A stretch of 64,000 nucleotides of DNA, taken from NCBI GenBank assembly GCA_965656525.1, contig CBFHKY010000017.1:7924-71923 (forward strand), read 5' to 3'. Source of the DNA: Pseudomaricurvus sp. Lineage in GTDB: Bacteria > Pseudomonadota > Gammaproteobacteria > Pseudomonadales > Cellvibrionaceae. The notes below the pieces were generated by a model. The model had not been told where the DNA came from. It saw only the letters and a program-made list of their open reading frames with translations, and made no database searches. Positions 61,420 through 64,000 of the stretch are shown here, piece after piece. Position 1 is the stretch's first letter; each line of letters starts with the position of its first letter. Both the position numbers and the translations under genes were made by a program.

Positions 61420-62214
61420 TCACACTGCTGGCTCAACAATAGGCCGCAACGTGTCATCAATTTCTTTGTAAATAGAATGATCGGTTTTGCCCACCGATAG
61501 ATCGTAGGTAATCCCTGCGCCAAAGCGCTGAGGGGAATGTGGATCGTGTCGCAACTTATCAAAGACCCAAAGACGAGTTCCAAGATAAAACCCTTCTTTC
61601 AAATCGTGCGTCACCATAAAAACCGTCAGGTTATGCTCTTTCCACAAGCTTAAAACTAACTCATGCATATCAGCCCGAATGCCAGGGTCTAGCGCACCAA
61701 AGGGTTCATCCAACAACAAAATTCGTGGTCGACCTAACAACGCCTGTGCGATCGCTAAACGCTGCTTCATGCCGCCAGAAAGTTCATGTGGGTATTTATG
61801 CAAGGCGTGGCTCAAACCCACTTGATCCAATATCGCTGTCGCCGCATCACGGGCTTCACGCCGCGCACGCCCAAACAAATACCCCGTGACACCTTTACGC
61901 TCAAAACCTTTAGTTGCCATCACGTTTTCAAGCACCGTCATATGCGGAAAAACAGAGTATTGCTGAAACACAATGCCGCGATCTGGCCCTGGCTCATCTG
62001 GGATTGGTTTGCCATCCAAAAGAATTTCACCCTTACTTGGCGTTACCGTACCCAGCAGCATATTCAGAAACGTACTTTTCCCGCAGCCAGATGTCCCCAC
62101 TAGCGTTACGAATTCACCTTCGTTTACGGTGATGCTGAGGTTCTCCAACACCACGTTATCACCGTACTGCATCCAAACATTATTGACCTGTAACATAGGT
62201 GCCGATTCCGTCAT
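61420..62214 (-). CDS. ABC transporter ATP-binding protein (guanidine/urea uptake)
   Basis: GTSGCGKST, LSGGMKQR, DEPFGALDPGIR. Confidence 0.92.
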   Translation of the reverse strand: MTESAPMLQVNNVWMQYGDNVVLENLSITVNEGEFVTLVGTSGCGKSTFLNMLLGTVTPSKGEILLDGKPIPDEPGPDRGIVFQQYSVFPHMTVLENVMATKGFERKGVTGYLFGRARREARDAATAILDQVGLSHALHKYPHELSGGMKQRLAIAQALLGRPRILLLDEPFGALDPGIRADMHELVLSLWKEHNLTVFMVTHDLKEGFYLGTRLWVFDKLRHDPHSPQRFGAGITYDLSVGKTDHSIYKEIDDTLRPIVEPAV

Positions 62215-63032
62215 CACTTGTCCCCCTGTGCATACCAAGGAAACAGCCAACGATTCAGCTCGCGCAGCCCCCAATCAATAAAAAAGGCCAGCAGTGTAAT
62301 CCAAGCCACGTACGGTAAGATCACATCCATTGCCATGTAACGACGCACCAAAAAAATCCGGTACCCAAGACCATCCGTAGCCGCCACGGCTTCAGCGGCA
62401 ATCAAGAATAACCAGCCGGCACCCAGCGACAACCGAATCGCATCAAACAGTTTAGGCATGACCTGTGGCAGCAGGACGCGCAACATAATTTGCGACGTAC
62501 TAGCGCCAAGTGTTTGTGCTTTTACCAGTTGCTCCATAGGCACTTCGCGAGTTCGAGCAAGAATATCGCGAGCAATAAAGGGCGCGATACCAATGGCAAT
62601 CAGCGCCACTTTAGACACTTCGCCCAATCCAAAAACGATGAATAAAATGGGCAGTAAAGCTAGCGGCGGAATCAATGACACCACGGTTAACAGCGGTGAA
62701 AGCCAAGCAGAAAATAACGGCAAGCCGCCTGCTAGCATACCGATGATAAGGCCAAAAATGGCGGCGATACCGACCCCCATAGCCAAGCGACTTAAGCTGC
62801 TGGCAGTGTCTTGCCAAAAAAGGTAGTCACCTGAACGCTTACTCGGCTCGAACGCCATTCGCGTAAAGCCATCACTCAGCTGCGAAAAACTGGGGAGTAA
62901 CTTATCATTCGGATTTTCTTTTAAACGCTCGTTGGAATTCACCGCGTATAAGATGATTAACAATACAAACGGCAGTAGCCCTAAAAACAGTTTCAACGAT
63001 TTTTTCGGTGTTTGATTGATCAGCTTTTTCAT
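62214..63032 (-). CDS. ABC transporter permease (guanidine/urea uptake)
   Basis: IPPLALLPILFI, WLFLIAAE, GLGYRIFLVRRY. Confidence 0.92.
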   Translation of the reverse strand: MKKLINQTPKKSLKLFLGLLPFVLLIILYAVNSNERLKENPNDKLLPSFSQLSDGFTRMAFEPSKRSGDYLFWQDTASSLSRLAMGVGIAAIFGLIIGMLAGGLPLFSAWLSPLLTVVSLIPPLALLPILFIVFGLGEVSKVALIAIGIAPFIARDILARTREVPMEQLVKAQTLGASTSQIMLRVLLPQVMPKLFDAIRLSLGAGWLFLIAAEAVAATDGLGYRIFLVRRYMAMDVILPYVAWITLLAFFIDWGLRELNRWLFPWYAQGDK

Positions 63033-63193
63033 GTTTCTTCTTCATATCCGAGGATTGATTGAAACACTCTTGCCGCTACTGTGAGATCGAAGTATTGCAA
63101 TGGTCGACAGTAGCCACTAAAGCGATGGCCTTGCTCTGTAAATGGATAAGCTGGGAGCCATGTTCGCGCCCCCAGACTTATCACGATGGAATC

Positions 63194-64000
63194 TTACAGT
63201 TTGCCGTCTTCAGCCATTTGCATGTAAGTGGGGTCGAAGCGAAATTGGACATTACTGCTATCACCGAAAGTGCCCGCAGGCATTTCAATACCGATGAATC
63301 CAGCATCCGGTGCACCATCCCCCAACAAACCGTGCTCAAAAGAAAATTCAGCAACGTGTTCCATGGTTTTCAACAAGGCTTCGCTGTTAGTAAGCTCTAG
63401 CGCAGACGCAGGGGAATAAAACATTTCAGTGCTCGCTAGCTGAGACTCATAACCCGCCAAATCGGTGCCAGAAGCTTCGGCCATATAGGTTTTGGCTTCG
63501 GTAGCTGCAGCATTGTCGCCGCTCATGATAGACATGATTTCATACCAAGCGCCCACCAATGCCTTACCCAGTTTAGGGTTTGCTTTAAGTGTGTCGGTAT
63601 TCACTACCAGCAGGTCGATAATCTCACCAGGAATTTGTGAAGAATCAAATACCTTATGGCTATCCGGCATGGATTCGATTTCGCTCAGCAGTGGATTCCA
63701 AGTCGCAACAGCCGTCACATCATCGGTGCCATAAATCGCCACCATATCAGCGTCAGAAGTGTTGACCACCGTTAAGTCTCTTTCGCTTAGACCAACACCA
63801 TCCAGACCGCGCGCCAGTAAGTAATGAGAGACACTGAGTTCAACTAGGTTGACACTTTGACCTTTGATATCAGCCAATGACTTTTTGCCTTTCAAGACAA
63901 CGCCATCATTACCGTTAGAAAAATCACCCACGACCAACGCAGTACTATCCACACCACCGGCCGCAGGAATTGTCAGGGCATCCATATTGGTCATAGTGCA
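63194..64000 (-). CDS. ABC substrate-binding protein ('putative urea ABC' / guanidine-binding); 5' end outside the window
   Basis: TNMDAL, DFSNGNDG, LVELSVSHYLLAR, TWNP, FDSSQIPGEIIDL. Confidence 0.88.
   Translation of the reverse strand, partial: CTMTNMDALTIPAAGGVDSTALVVGDFSNGNDGVVLKGKKSLADIKGQSVNLVELSVSHYLLARGLDGVGLSERDLTVVNTSDADMVAIYGTDDVTAVATWNPLLSEIESMPDSHKVFDSSQIPGEIIDLLVVNTDTLKANPKLGKALVGAWYEIMSIMSGDNAAATEAKTYMAEASGTDLAGYESQLASTEMFYSPASALELTNSEALLKTMEHVAEFSFEHGLLGDGAPDAGFIGIEMPAGTFGDSSNVQFRFDPTYMQMAEDGKL

Noticed and set aside
61404-61583. N-terminal extension of the first DUF1989 ORF
   Set aside because: Overlaps the ABC ATPase; a GGGAG RBS supports ATG 61403.
1-64000. CRISPR array, tRNA/rRNA, transposase/integrase or prophage
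   Set aside because: No regularly spaced repeats, RNA-gene signatures or mobile-element motifs seen by eye.

Overview
Chromosomal window, probably from a marine gammaproteobacterium (Cellvibrionales/Oceanospirillales-like; inferred from MotY, Pseudomonas-type DapD and HolD-like genes, and gene order). No mobile element, rRNA, tRNA or CRISPR array was seen. Contents in order: a BtuB-like B12 receptor (cut by the window edge, absent from the ORF track) under a cobalamin riboswitch; two PilZ proteins; MAPEG; sbcB; RegB/RegA; a glycerate-kinase-like gene. Then a nitrate uptake block (NrtABC-type ABC plus porin) with a sigma54 promoter and ANTAR hairpin, next to a sensor-less chemoreceptor, a stand-alone NIT-domain protein and a NasT-like ANTAR regulator. 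Then rimI, holD-like, leuA with a candidate attenuator leader, a complete ccoNOQP-GHIS cluster, argG, motY, pyrC, rnt, peroxiredoxin, bfd, dapD and dapE. Then a TonB-receptor/YfiR/GGDEF-EAL cassette, a YjgN/M48 pair, and a guanidine-utilisation operon (ABC, two DUF1989 proteins, carboxylase, allophanate hydrolase) with an internal guanidine-II riboswitch. Best candidates for undescribed biology are the split MCP+NIT nitrate-sensing module and the TBDR-YfiR-DGC/PDE trans-envelope cassette. All calls are by eye from motifs; no searches were run.
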